A stretch of DNA of 63,941 nucleotides, counting the filler, from Chiloscyllium plagiosum (taxonomy: Eukaryota), in assembly GCF_004010195.1 (NCBI RefSeq). It is 4 parts of 2 records of this genome, joined end to end, with 100 filler letters (N's around TTAATTAATTAA, not from the genome) between each part and the next. Parts side by side here need not be neighbours in the genome. Positions count along the whole stretch, not along the records: positions 23,650 to 51,113 come from NC_057715.1; positions 51,214 to 62,257 come from NC_057715.1; 2 more parts are not named here. The stretch is one strand, 5' to 3'. Below, one piece after another: positions 37,926 through 51,715 of this stretch. Position 1 is the first letter of the stretch; each line of letters begins with the position of its first letter. The notes under the pieces were generated by a model. The model did no database searches, was not told the DNA's origin, and saw only the letters and a list, made by a program, of their open reading frames with translations. The position numbers were made by a program, and so were the translations under genes.

Positions 37926-40409
37926 TAAAACATCAATATTGAAGTTAATTTCATAACACAAGCAATATGCTGCAGACGCTGAAAACCTTAAATTTAGAAA
38001 ATAATGAAATGGCCTGCAGGTTTGTGTTAGTTTTGAGTCTGATACAACTCTTCAGAACTTAAGTCCAATTGCAAGACAGATTTATGGTCAATTTTAAACT
38101 GCTGCTGGATACCTCAAGATTGGTATAAATCAGTTATATAGGAGCAATGGTCTCACAGAGTAGATAGTTCTCATTGCCACAGCTATCATTTTCCAAATGA
38201 CCAAGACAACAGTCCTGCCAACTGTTACAATAACAACATCTTGAAATTACAAAGCATCTTTTATGGGCAGTGCAATGAATCAGGGGTTAGCACTGCTGCC
38301 TTTCAGCACCATGGACCCAGGTACAATTCCACCCTCAGGCACCTGTCTGTGTGGAGTTTGCACATTCGCTCTGTGTCTGCATCGGTTTCCTCCAGGTGCT
38401 CAGATTTCCTCCCACAGCCCAGAATGCGCAGGTTAGGTGGATTGGCCATGCTACATTGCCCATAGCCTCCAGGGATGTTGAGGAGAGGTGGCTTAGCCAT
38501 GGAACATGCAGGGTTACAGACACATGGTAGGAGGATAGAATGCTCTCCAAAGGTTATAATGCGGACCCAAAGGGACAAATGGCCTGCTTCCACACTATAG
38601 GGAGTCTATGAAATACCATTACTGCTGTCTTGTTAGGTGAGTGATATTCAAGAACCACCTTCCTGTCATGTTTATCCCCATGACTTTACTATTACCACCT
38701 CGAGACTGAAGTCGACATCTGAATTGTTTGCTCATCGTGTTTATTATTAAAAGATTCGCCTGGAAGTACACATGCTTTCCTTGTTTAACCTTCCCCAACC
38801 CACCCTTCTTATTTAATCATAATCATTTTTGTAATGGGACAAAGATAATTGGAATGTTGTACTCCCCTTGGTGAAATCAACCTTAAATTATTTGCCAATT
38901 TTCAGATGCTTCCTTCTCTACACATGACCATTTCATATTGACATGCATTCTTTTGAGTCCATGGAGGGGAAAACAAAAAAAGTGCTGTAAAGCTCTTCTC
39001 CTTCCGGTTACACAAATCTCTCTCATCTGACATTTCCGGGATTGCCTCTGAATTTTCCCAATTGACCTACAGCGCAGACTGGCCTAGTTTAGTTCTGGAT
39101 GCAAAACCAATTGTGAGCAGTCAAGTAACTCCACAGAGGCCAGTATCCTGTCACCAAGTCACTGTTGGTTTACATGGAGTCTTTGACTCTGATCCATCTC
39201 CCCCAGAGCCCGCTCTCATTGAGCAGAACCTCTGACCCTCCTGTTTGTCTCTGTCAGCCAGAGTTCCCTGATTTAGACCAAATTAACAGCCCCAATGAAG
39301 GAACTCATTCTATGAGATCTAGCTGGCTGACCTTGTTACAATGTCTAGATTCACAGCACAAATGCACCCCCTCTCCCCACAACTGAGTCGAAGGACAGAG
39401 GGCAGTTTTATTTTGTAGCTTCTCCTGGGGCATTTTAGCAACGGGTCAGGTTCCTACAACTTGACCTCTGATCCGGGTGGCATGTAATGCACTCGCTTCG
39501 CCCGGAGGGTGTCAGATGAAATTTATTCTCCTTTTCAGGCTGTCAAGGTATTGTGGCAGCAACACCTACTGAGTCCATTGCAGATTCCAGGAAAGGCAGT
39601 CAAGGAATTGGCACATTGCAAGTATGCAGCTTTCACTTTGCACCCCATGCTTGTTCAGGCCTGTTTCATCTACCCTAACGTTGTAGGTCATTGGACCTAA
39701 CCCCCAGTGACCATGCCTTTTAACCATGCAGGGCCTGCCCTGTCGTTCCTACACCTAACTTCGCCCCCTGAAGTGAACAGTCTCCCTCGCTTAGCTGTCA
39801 TGTCCAGCATTGGCATTCCTGATGCTGTTTCAATTCAGTTTTTTCTGCCAGACCATTGGATGGGTGGATGGATGGTGTGAAGTTGTTCTTATATAACAAA
39901 TATCATTCGACTTTAGGAAAAACTCAAATTCCCTGCTGGTAAACGATGGCCTGTTATCTGTGACCAACACTTCCACTAGTCCACGTATTGCAAGAGATGC
40001 ATGCAGTTTTTCTACCATTGCCCTAGTGGTTGACAAGTGAACTCTATGCATGTCCAGCCATTTTGAGTAAGTGTCCACAATGACTAAGTACATTGAGCCC
40101 ATGAAAGGACTTGCATAACTGACCTGTAACCAAAGTCCAAAGTTTACTAGGCCATTTGCACAAATGTGGGTGAGCTGCCAGTCGTAATTTTTGTCCTTTT
40201 TGGCACTGAGCACTGCCCCACCAACCCGGCTATGTCTGCATCCAATCCTGGCCACAAGACATATCTTCATTCTGGAAACTGGTGGATGGCACTTGGAGTT
40301 CAGCCAATATCTTTGCTCGGGACAATCACTCTTGCTCCCAATAGTAATCTGCTGTCCATGTTGTGATGTGGTCTCCCTGGGTTCAAAAAGGTTTCAATTC
40401 TGGTTGAGA

Positions 40410-41079
40410 CATAGCTCTTTGAAAGTGGAGTCACAGGTAGATAGGATAGTGAAGGTGGCGTTTGGTATGCTTCCCTTTATTGGTCAGAGTATTGAGTACA
40501 GGAGTTGGGTGGTCATGTTGCGGCTATACAGGACATTAGTTAGGCCACTGTTGGAATATTGCATGCAATTCTGGTCTCCTTCCTATCGGAAAGATGTTGC
40601 AAAACTTGAAAGGGTTCAGAAAAGACTTACAAGAATGTTGCCAGGGTTGGAGGGCTTGAGCTATAGGCTGAACAGGCTGGGGCTGTATTCCGTGGAGCGT
40701 TGGAGGCTGAGGAGTGACCTGAGAGGTTTACAAAAATTATGAGGGGCATGGATAGGATAAATAGACAAATTCTTTTCCCTGGGGTCAGAGAGTCCAGAAC
40801 TAGAGGGCACAGGTTTAGGGTGAGAGGGAAAGATATAAAAGAGACCTAAGGGGCAGCTTTTTCACACAGAGGGTGGTACGTGTATGGAATGAGCTGCCAG
40901 AGGAAGTGGTGGAGGCTGGTACAATTGCAACATTTAGGGGCATTTGGATGGGTACACGAAAAGGAAGGGTTTGGAAGGATATGGGCTGGGTGCTGGCAGG
41001 TGGGACTAGATTGGGTTGGGATATCTGGCCGGGTTGGACGGATGGGTCTGTTTCCATGCTGTACATCTCTATGACTCTA
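40410..41079 (+). mobile_element. CR1 3' fragment nested in the Gypsy element
   Basis: LYRTLVRPLLEYCMQFWSP peptide; TCTATGACTCTA tail. Confidence 0.92.
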
Positions 41080-41733
41080 CGGGCCTATGGTTTCCCTCAT
41101 CGCCACCAGCCATTTCAGTTTTGCCTGGACCTTCCTATGTCCAAAACCTAATATTGTCAGCTGTGACTGGAAACGTGCCCAGAAAATTTAAAACCATTAC
41201 GGATTCTTCCGGTGGTGGTACCAACGGTGGCTTACCTGCTAGTGGGAGGTGACTCAAGTGCATCCACATTTGCTACTTGGCTTTCCAGGTGTTCAGACTT
41301 GTAATAACACGCACTTTTTATCAGACCCCATTGCTGAATTCGGCTTGAAGCTGTGAGACAACCGGCCTTGTCCTCAAAGTCAACCTACCTGGATTTGTAG
41401 TCAGGCTTTATTACAAACTTACTTCTGTAAAGGTATAGGTGGAACTTCCTCATTTTAAATATGACCACTAAATTTTGCTTTCTATCTGGGCATATCTGCT
41501 ATATTAGTCAGTCATTGTTGCATACACTATTGGGTGTTCCTCTCCATTTGACCACCTATGAGCTGATACTACCCAATGCCAATCAGGGGGACATCACATA
41601 TCAGTACCAGTTCTCGCTTAGAATTACAGTGTGCCAACACCTTAGAGGATGATAACTTTTACTTCACTTCCCTGAAAATTATGGACCTATTGACTATGTG
41701 ACCACTTCCAAGGCGGACCTCTTTTTAAGACTT

Positions 41734-42048
41734 TTAGATTAGATTACATTACAGTGTAGAAACAGGCCCTTCGGCCCAACAAGTCCACACCGACCCGCCG
41801 AAGCGAAACCCACCCATACCCCTACATTTACCCCTTACCTAACACTACGGGCAATTTAGCATGGCCAATTCACCTGACCCTGCACATCTTTTGGACTGTG
41901 GGAGGAAACTGGAGCACCCGGAGGAAACCCACGCAGACACGGGGAGAACGTGCAAACTCCACACAGTCAGTCGCCTGAGGCGGGAATTGAACCCGGGTCT
42001 CAGGCGCTGTGAGGCAGCAGTGCTAACCACTGTGCCACCGTGCCGCCC
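41734..42048 (-). mobile_element. Full-length, CpG-rich (young) HE1-type SINE nested in the Gypsy element
   Basis: Minus strand reads GGGCGGCACGGTGGCACAGTGG..GGGTTCAATTCCC..TGTAATGTAATCTAATCTAA. Confidence 0.93.
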
Positions 42049-43060
42049 ACTTGATCTGAAGGTGCCAGGATGAAGGGTACGTTGAGTTTTCCCTCAATAA
42101 TTCAATAGCCTAAGGATACAGATGTGGGAGCCAGGGGACCTTTGACTGCCATCACATTATCTTCCAATGGGTGTAACACAATCTTGTCGACTCTGTAGCT
42201 CACTAGGGTGCCTGAAAACATTTTTCCTTAAGGCATACGCCCGCCTGAGAAAAATGTCTAAAGACCATGCCCAAGTTCTCCAAGTACTCCTTATTGGACT
42301 ACTTGGTTATTAGCACATCCAGGTAAATGGCAAGCTGGGGTAGACCTTGCAAAATGGTTTCCAGCATCCACTGAAAAATTGCACATACCGACAATACCCC
42401 AAATGGCAGTCTTGTATATTGGCACAAACCCTTATGGGTATTAATTGCAGCATACATCTGGGAATCCTCATCTAACTGAAAATGCAAGAATGCGTGGCTC
42501 ATGCCCAGCTTCATGAAGGATAGTCCCTCCCCTCCAGCTTTGCGTATAAATCCTCCATGCGAGGGACTGAGTATTTATCCAGCAGCAAAATGCTGTTCAC
42601 CATTTACTTAAAATCCCACAAAGGCAAACTTGTTACATCTGGTGCTGCCCATTCTGCAAACTAGACTGGTTCGACGATTCCTTCACATCCCAGCCTCCTG
42701 ATTCCTGCCTCTACATTTGCCTGCAAGGCAAATGGCACTGAGTGAGCCTTGCAGAACCATACAATTGTTTCCTGGTCAACATGAAAGAGGGCTATGGCAC
42801 CTTTGATCACCCCTAGACATTGCTGAAAAACTTCTGGGTATTTAACTCTGACTTCACTCAGGCAGCCATTTTCTAAACAAAAAATGTTGAGTCAATCAAG
42901 GTGAATCTTTCTCAAACAATGTCACCCCAACAATCTTGGGCTCAAGCCTTTTACTACAATCAGTAGTGATTGAACCAGCTGCTTCCCATAGAGACCAAAC
43001 TGAAGTTGTATCTTTAATCTGTGAAAGTTCCCCACAATAGGTTCTCAGTCTAGCTGAAGT

Positions 43061-43185
43061 TCCATTCCTGATGAAAGATTTATGCCCAAAACGTAAACTC
43101 TCCTGCTCCTCAGATGCTGCCTGACCCGCTGTGCTTTTCCAACACCACACTCCTCGACTCTAATCTTCAGCTGTCACTTTCTCCC
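43061..43185 (+). mobile_element. Single-arm family A mini-element (degenerate HHR) nested in the Gypsy element
   Basis: TSD AGCTGA(A/G)GT at 43052-43060 and 43186-43194; CTGATGA at 43068. Confidence 0.8.
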
Positions 43186-45859
43186 AGCTGAGGTCTTGTG
43201 CAAACTTGAGGGTTGGATTCCAGAGTGAATTCTGCTGAAGACTGAAATGGCTGCACTGGTATCAACCTATTAGAATAGTGACCATTTAACCAGGACTTTT
43301 ATTTTGATTGCTTAGCAACATTTAAATCAGAATTAATTTAACTGTGCTAAACGAGATGTTGGTGGACTCTCCAGGATTTGCACCTCCTGGATACTGGCCT
43401 TGCAATTTGCTTACACAATTTAAGTCTAGTGGGACTCTTGCTGTCCTAAGCCTGCATTTCAACAGCAACAATAATGGGACTACCACTAACCATACTATGA
43501 AAGACCATACTCCAAAAAGCATAGTGGTCTTTCCTGGTGCTGTACATTTCTATAATTTTAGCTTAAGCACACAACACTCTCTTGCCATATGGTGTGGATC
43601 TCTAAGCAAGCCATTGATGAATTCAACTGTTAACCCTTTTAAAAGATTATTATTCTAGAATCCAGCAATATCCACACTGGAATCCCTTAAACTGACCCAA
43701 AAGATCACAGCTCCACAATGCTTATGGTGTGTTGAAAAATACCAATGACGGGAAAAGGATGTATTCTCAGGTTTCAATGGCAAACTGTTTAATTCGCCAT
43801 GCAACCCAAACCACCACAGTTAAGATTGAAGATTGGAGTCATATAATCTTTTCCAGGTACTCTTTATTCTTTTTTTCAATTACCACTATATTTCTAGTAA
43901 GAACTATTGAGTGTGTGAGCATTTCTAGACCAGTAATTTTATCAGTGAGTTCCCCAAGAGAAATTATTTCATCGAGAACGGTCATGGCCTGCGTGGCAAC
44001 TTCTCTCCTTCTGACCATTATCTGCGCTCTGCCCAAGCAAATGCTTTCAACTCAAATTCTATGTTGCACTCTCAACTGATTGCTAAGTAAACTGGCCTAT
44101 ACTATATCCTTTAAAAAGCAACTACTGTAAATAGAAACAGACTTGCTAAACTGAAACAGAGGGTCTTTTGTAAGAAAACACACCTGCCAGAATATTTGCA
44201 ACTCAAACAGAAATAAAAGCACTGATTCTATTCAAAACCACACAACTGAATGAGTAAGTTGCTTAGAGTCAAGATTCCAAAATGACAGCTCTAACCATGT
44301 CCTAATCAACAAAAATGACATCCAAGATGATCACCAGTGTTCATTAATCTACAAAAATTGGGAAAAAAGTAATAGATAAGTGACAACACTGACCATATCT
44401 ATTCTATTCATGCATCTTTTAATTTAATTGGCATTTGTATCCTGGAGTCTTAATTTGAGAAAACATTCATAGCATTAACAGCAGCAAATGCACAGAATAA
44501 GGTTGTCAAAATTGCATGGCACAGTGGCTCAGTGGTTAGCACTGCTGCCTCACAGCACCAGGGTCTCAGGTTCAATTCCAGCCTTGGGTGACTGTGTGGA
44601 GTTTTCACATTCTCCCAGTGTCTGTGTGGGTTTCCTCTGGGTGCTCTGGTTTCCTCCCACAGTCCAAAGACCTGTTGGTCAGGTGAACTGGCTATGCTAA
44701 ATTGTCCATAATGTTAGGTGCATTAGTCAGAGGGAAGTGCGACTGGGTGCATTACTCTGAGGGTTGGTGTGGACTGGTTGGGTCAAAGGGCCTGTTTCCA
44801 CACTGTAGGGAATCTAATCATTTCACAGTTACGTAAATTATAATCTTCAAAAATTGTGCAATAGAACCAAAATTCTCAATAAAATTCTAATTGTTTTGGT
44901 CAAATTCACGATAGGACATGTGTACATGATCTATGGAAAGGAAATGTTTGATGTTCTTTTTAGAGTGGGATGAGTATGAATGAGAGTTTATACTGATGTC
45001 TGGTTAGTTAATGTCCTTGACAATTGCTCTTCAGTTTCTTTTTTTTCAGAAGCAGATCAATGCAGTCTTCTGAGTTAGACTTTGTAACCTGGGTGGGAAT
45101 GGAAACGTTTTTTGAAGTACAGCATAAGATCTTGTAGTGAAGTTTTCCAGGAGCAGCTTTGGAAATCATGCATCAGTAAGTGGAAGTATGAGAGCTTACA
45201 AGAACATGCAATAATCATTTCAAAAGTACTCTTCAATTTAAGCCCAATTGAACACCAAATTCCAAATGAGAATTGGCAAGGAAATGAACGTGTAGAGTCC
45301 AAATTTTCCATTTGCCCAAGTGGAATTAACAATACATTTGCAGCAATGCAAAGACTACAGCTTACACCATACTCTACTTCTTTCATTCCCCTACTTATGG
45401 GACCAATTCAAACAGCTTTCTTTGCTCTAGTTGTTACACAACTTAAATAATTTTCTAAATAAGGATGAGAGAAAGTCACAACATTTAAATTAAAATCAGA
45501 AGACCCGCATAACTCCATGACTTTAACAACATATCAGGACCAAAACTAGCAAAGCTACTTTAATGAATAATTAAGCAAACAGATAAAACATTAATATCGC
45601 TTCTAGTAAATACTAGAAATTCACTTTAATCACTGAATAATTAAGTATAACTTATCATTAATTTGCCATGTAATAGCATTATGGATTTTTGGGTTTATTT
45701 TGTCCTGTCTCTATTAAGGCTAGAGAATTGTCACAAAACACGAGAAGGCCTGATATGGTCAGTGGTGGGAAAGAAATGACTATCAATATTTAAAAAGTCT
45801 CAGCTGAGTAAGTTATTACCCCCTCTGTAGTCACATCTTCTGGGAAAAAAAAAGGCAAA

Positions 45860-47170
45860 AAAGCAACATTCATGGATCTTTAGTGTGTTTGGAACAAAAT
45901 AAATGAATTAATTGCACAAATCTTGGTTAACAGGTAGGACTTTATAGCCACTACAGAGACATGGCTACAAGGTTATTGATGCGGGGAAGGAAATGTTCTG
46001 ACTTATGTATCAAAAGGATAGGCAGGAAGGGTGGTGGGGTAGCTTTGTTAGGATGACATGAATTAAGTACAAAAGCGAGAAAATGATAGAATCAGATGAT
46101 GTACAATACATATGTATGGAGGTAAAGAGCAACAAAGGAGAAGACAACACTGCTGGAAGTAGTCCATTGGCCCTCTGACAGCCACTACACTGTACAACAG
46201 AATAAATCAGGAGATAATATGGGCATACAAAAATGGCAGTGCATTAATTATGAATGACTTTAATATTAATGTAGATTGGGAAAGTGATTTTGGCTGAGTT
46301 AGCAACAAGGAAGAATTGTGTATTTGGCAGAGTTTCCTGGAACAATACATTGTGCATCCATCCAAGGATCAGGCTATATTGGATCTGATAAGGTGCAATG
46401 AGGCAGGTCTAGTTAGTGATTAGAAAGTAAAATGTCCCCTCAAGAACAGTGCCCATAACCTAATAGAATTTAATGTTCAGTTTGAGAGAGAGTTGGAAAC
46501 AACTGCACTGAACTTAAACAAGGGTAATTACCCAAGGATGAGAGCAGAGTTGGCTAGAGTGGACTGAAAAAGGAGTTGAGCAGAATAGGCAGCTGATGAA
46601 CATTAGAGAAAATGGTTCATGACTCATAGCAAAGATATATCCCAGTGAGCAAGGAGTATGCTAAGAAAGACTAACAGTTAATCAACAAAGTTAATGACAG
46701 TATCAATTTTTTTTAAAACATGCAATCTGGAAAAGATGTGTAGTAAGCCAGAGGTTTGCAAAGTTTTAAAAACCAAGAAAATCATAATCAAGGTGGTGCA
46801 AAAAATCCTGAGTTAGAGACAAAAAACAACTGCAGATGTTGGAATCCAAGGTAGACAAGCAGGAGGCTGGAAACACAAGAAACCAGGCAGCAGCAGGAGG
46901 TGGAGAGGTCAACGATTCAGGTGTAACCTTTCTTCAGGGTTCACTAAGCTGATAACAGGTATGGAGGGACTGTCTTACAGAGGACAGCTTGAGTAGGTTG
47001 GCTCTGTACTCATTGGAATTTAGAACCATGAGAACAATTTTGAATAGTAACCTTATCAAAGCATACCAGATTGTCAGGGTGAATACAGAGGTGGTTTCCC
47101 CTAGTGAGTATGTCTAGGATCAGACAGTGTAATCATAGAGTAAAGCGTTACGCAGCAATGAGAAGGAATT
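45860..47170 (+). mobile_element. Old CR1 ORF2 remnant with a minus-strand PLE HHR-type unit at ~46820-46938
   Basis: Degenerate endonuclease motifs (ETWL, DFN); minus strand reads CTGAAGAAAGGTTACACCTGAATCGTT. Confidence 0.65.
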
Positions 47171-50100
47171 AACGTCTAGTCATTCCATAATATGCTGCAT
47201 GTCGTATCAACACCCATTTGAAGAGCAGCCATTCACCAGGTACAAGTATTCATTATTGTTGCTCCATCCTAAAACTATGCACCATAAGTCTCAATCTTAT
47301 TTTGCAAATAACCCAATAGAATACATTAAAATACCATGTATCATCTGGATCAAATACTTTTCACATGTGTAATGACATCAGCATGTAAAGACGAGAAGCA
47401 AATATCAATACTAAATAAACCTGAGTCTACTGTTGCCTACGAACCATCAGGAGTAATCTATGGGAGGCATTAATGCCTAATGCTAGTGATGCCTCAACAT
47501 CCTTACTTTCAACTCTATCTCAAATTTACTGCAAAATAAATTCCTAACAAAATTTCACACAACTTAGGGTATTTGTAGAAGTTTTACTTAGAATCATTTG
47601 CAACTATGATCCATAGTTATCGCAGCACTCAAATAAATAGGTTACAAGCTTCACATTGGATTTTAATTCCAATATCAATTGGCATTTGATGGATGAGTCT
47701 CACTAATTGTCAGGGGCTGAGGCCCACTGCCAGTGATGGAGCAGTAGCTTACAGAGGGAAAACTAAGCCAGACATGCAAAGTTTTGTCAGAGTAGCTAGG
47801 CCAAGCTCAGACTGATGACTCAACCAAGGGAATAGTTGGAGGTGCCAGATCTTGGGTTCTCCTTGTATCGCACTGTACTTAGGTACATGTGACAACATTA
47901 AATCAAAATAAAATCAGCAAATTATGGTGGAATAAATAAATTAGGAACACTCTAGCCAGTTAGTTTACACTATCCCTATAATACCAAGACGGAGCTTGGT
48001 ACTTAATCATTGGAAATGCAGATATAACCACAAGCAAGATAACTCTAGGGTTTGCAGACTTTTTGATATCACTTTTGTTGAGAATTAGAGGTATACACAC
48101 ACAGCTGCCAAAGCATGGCATCAGAGCCCTAACTGTAGGTTAAAAAATCACAACACCAGGTTATAGTCCAATAATGGGAAGCACTCACTTTTGGAGCGCT
48201 GCTCCTTCATCAGGTGGTTTCTAGCTTAAACCTAGGGACAGTAGTAGACACCAACCCTTGAAATACGTTGTACTATTCTATTACATCATGCAGGCTTGGC
48301 TCTTTAACCAAGACAGAGCGCGACGGAGAGAGACAGACAGAGAGAGGGACGGAGAGAGTTAAAATTATGCAACCTCACTAGTTTCTATCTCACTGAAGTG
48401 CGATGCCCAAGTGGGCTCACTAGTCAAAGGTTTGGAGTCATACGTTCTGAAGCAGCAATGGCTGACCACTTCCTCACTGCTCTCCTATGTTTCCTCCTCC
48501 TTTCACCTCGGTTTGTCTGACCCTCATTCCTAACCACTCAGAGGTATTGCAATAATTTTCAAGCCTTAAAATGGGTCACCGTAGGAAAAGTTTGGAAAGC
48601 ACGGTTTCATTTATCTATGCCAATTTTTTCAGTCATCTTAAATGCCTTGATCTTTTTGAACTGTTACATTGGGCAGAACAAATGTGGCAAGGTGGCTCAG
48701 CACTGCTGCTTCACAGCACCAGGGACCCAGGTTCAATTCCATTCTCAGGCAACTGTGTGTGGAATTTGCATGCTTTCCCAGTGTCTGTGTGGTTTTCCTT
48801 CAGGTGCTCTGGTTTCCTCCCAGAGTCCAAAGATGTGCAGGCTGAATGGATTGGCCATGGGAAATGAAGGGTTACAGGGATAGGTTAGGGGATGGGTCCA
48901 GCTGGGATGCTCTTTGAAGGGTCAGTGTGGACTTGAGTGGCCAAATGAACTTCTTCCACACTAAGTTGTATGATTTTATGATTCTATGAATACATGGAAC
49001 GGATAGCCTGATAGCACATCCAAGCAGCAAGAAATGGACGTATTTAGTTGGCAGCTTAAATAATCAAATTGCATCCATCCACATTTTCAAAAAGTGCAAG
49101 ATATTCAGCTGTCAAATAGTAAGCAATCAGTTTTAGTGAAAAGAAACATTTTCATGTTAGCACACCAATAACTGTCAAACGTTATCCACCACATCTTCAC
49201 TGTTTCTGGCAGCAAGAACAGCTTGTAAAACATCACAGTGCCAATAAACTGGTAGGGCATGTTTACTAAACAAATTGATAGATGAGTGCGCAGAATTTTC
49301 TTTTATAACAAAAAAAGTATAGAAAAATTGTCCATAATCAATGTTGCACTCAAGGTGTGTGTGGTTATTTCAGAATTATCAAACCACCATGTACAGAAAA
49401 AGGCCATTTGACCCACTGCACCTGCATCAACTCTTTCATATAGCAAGCGATTCACATCACTAACCTGTTCCTCATCTCAGCAAGCTTTCCCCCCCCCCCC
49501 CATGAATTATTTGTTCAAGTCTTTTTTGAAAGCAAATAAAAAAATGTCTCTCTGCCTTGGTGGAAGGCAAGTGTTCTAAAACTGAACCACTCATCCTATA
49601 AAAATGCTATCTATCTTGCTGCCTCTCTTCTTAAACAACACAGATCACTGAAGTTTAGTTACCAACCCTTTACAACTGTTGGAAACAGGTCTCTTTCTCC
49701 ATAAAGATTTTCAACAAATCCACTAAATCTGCACTTGGCAACCAACATCTTCTACCATTGTTAGAGCTCAAAAGTCCCCAACAAATTAGAACTAATATTA
49801 TTGCAAGCCTTACAACGTTTGGACAAGACAGACAGAATATAATGACAAGTAACTTCTTTTTCAAAATGCATACAAAAAAAGGAAGCCCTTTTAATCCTTG
49901 CAGCTGAGAAATAATGAAGGGCAAGCGTTCTCTGTACCAGACTGCAAGGAGTCTTGGCCTCCAGGACGACCAAATGTCTCAAAGTTATGGCAAGAGGTGG
50001 GGGGGGGGTGGCAAATAATCTGGACCAGGACATGCTTGGCCTACATTTAAAACCCAGCCTAAGTCAGTAGGACAGGAATATATATTTAAGAAAAAGACAA

Positions 50101-51113
50101 AAAAGTGTTAGAGTTATCTGGGCAGGTCAAGAAGCAACTGTGGAAAAAGAAAGTGCATTAGCCTTTCACAGGATTGAAGAGGAAAAGTAAGCCATTTGGT
50201 TAATCAAGCCTGCTTCTCCAGTTATTAAGACCGTGGCTGATCTGTCTGGAGTCTCAACGCCACTTCCCATCGGCAACCAACAATGTACAACTCCTTTATC
50301 AAAAGCATAACTAACACAGCCTTAAATAAATCCAGGGCTTCAGCCTCCACTGATTGAGAATTCCACAACACAATAACTCAAATAAATTCATTGTCCCTAA
50401 TAGCTCCCCAACAAGAGGGGCATCCTTCCTGTATGGGCTCTATCCAGTCCTATCAGGATTTTACACATTTCAGTAAGGTCGTCTTTTACTCTAACTATCA
50501 ACACATATTGGCCCAACCTCTTCAGCCTTCATTCTCAAGACCAACCTTTCAGTCCACGAAAGAATGGAGTACCACAGAACCCTAGAACCTAAGAAATGAC
50601 TTACCGGTAGCGGGCAGTGGTGTTTTTTTTTCTCTCTTCACAGAAAGAGCGGGAGCAGCAGGGGGAAGTGACCAAGACCAGAGGGGCATCCGGGAAGGAA
50701 AGCAGTGAGTATAAATACTCACCCTTCGACACCAACGGTCACTTTGAGTGTGAGCAGCAACTAAGGTAAGACAGTTTGTTTTAAAATTACTTACCGGTAA
50801 CGGGCAGCGGTGTTTTTTTCCTCTCTTCACAGAAAGAGCGGGAGCAGCAGGGGGAAGTGACGAAGACCAGAGGGGCAGCCGGGAAGGTTTTTTTTCCCTT
50901 TAAAAGCACGCAGGAGAAGAGTTGGATGAACTTAGGATCATTCGGGAGGCAGAGGGGGGTCATAGATCGGAGCTTTAGGGAAGTAGTAACTCCAAAGATG
51001 GCAGATAGATGGGTGACAGTGAGGGGGACTGGGAGGAAGCAGCCAGTGCAGGGACCCCCTGCGGCCGTTCCCCTCAAGAACAAGTATACCGTTTTGGATA
51101 CTTGTGGGAGGGA

Positions 51114-51213
51114 NNNNNNNNNNNNNNNNNNNNNNNNNNNNNNNNNNNNNNNNNNNNTTAATTAATTAANNNNNNNNNNNNNNNNNNNNNNNNNNNNNNN
51201 NNNNNNNNNNNNN
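51114..51213. other. Assembly gap with artificial linker
   Basis: N44-TTAATTAATTAA-N44. Confidence 0.97.
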
Positions 51214-51363
51214 TTTTCAGCTATTACAAGGGGGCATAGATTTAAATTAAGGGGGGGGGGGGGTTAGGTATAGGACAGATGTTAGGGGTAGGTTCTTTAC
51301 TCAGCGAGTTGTGAGTTCATGGAATGCCCTGCCAGTAGCAGTGGTGGACTCTCCCTCTTTATG

Positions 51364-51715
51364 TGTTGCTGGAAAAGCGCAGCAGGTCAGGCAGCATCCA
51401 GGGAACAGGAGAATCGACGTTTCGGGCATAAGCCCTTCTTCAGGAAAGGCTATGCCCCCTTGTAATAGCTGACCCCATACGTGGAAAAAGATTCTCACTG
51501 TCGACCCTATCTAAATCCCTAATCATCTTGTACACCTCTATCAAGTCACCCCTAAACCTTCTTTTCTCCAATGAAAACAACCCCAAGTGCCTCAGCCTTT
51601 CCTTGGCTTATGCCCGAAACGTCGATTCTCCTGTTCCCTGGATGCTGCCTGACCTGCTGCGCTTTTCCAGCAACACATTTCCAGCTCTGATCTCCAGCAT
51701 CTGCAGACCTCACTT
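51364..51715. mobile_element. Palindromic family A mini-element with CR1 spacer and intact minus-strand HHR core (51416-51443)
   Basis: TCTCCCTCTTTATG at 51350-51363 and 51716-51729; perfectly complementary arms; spacer ~51450-51603 is antisense CR1. Confidence 0.88.

Larger units (their letters stand above)
39112..43800 (-). mobile_element. Decayed Gypsy/Ty3 LTR retrotransposon with nested insertions
   Basis: Integrase IVDTYSKW..VTDNRPSFTSREF (39830-40270), RT INTHKGLCQYTRLPFG..IYLD (42299-42514), protease-like VDTSAA near 43260. Putative 3' LTR TG..CA at 39112-39340 with purine tract at 39367-39378. Upstream boundary uncertain. Confidence 0.85.

Noticed and set aside
41975..42048. tRNA gene
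   Set aside because: The A/B boxes are the head of an HE1 SINE and continue into the V-domain and LINE tail; the same applies to the other copies.
45075..45450. Overlapping ~100-aa ORFs in unique sequence
   Set aside because: No recognisable domain or convincing exon structure; compatible with chance.
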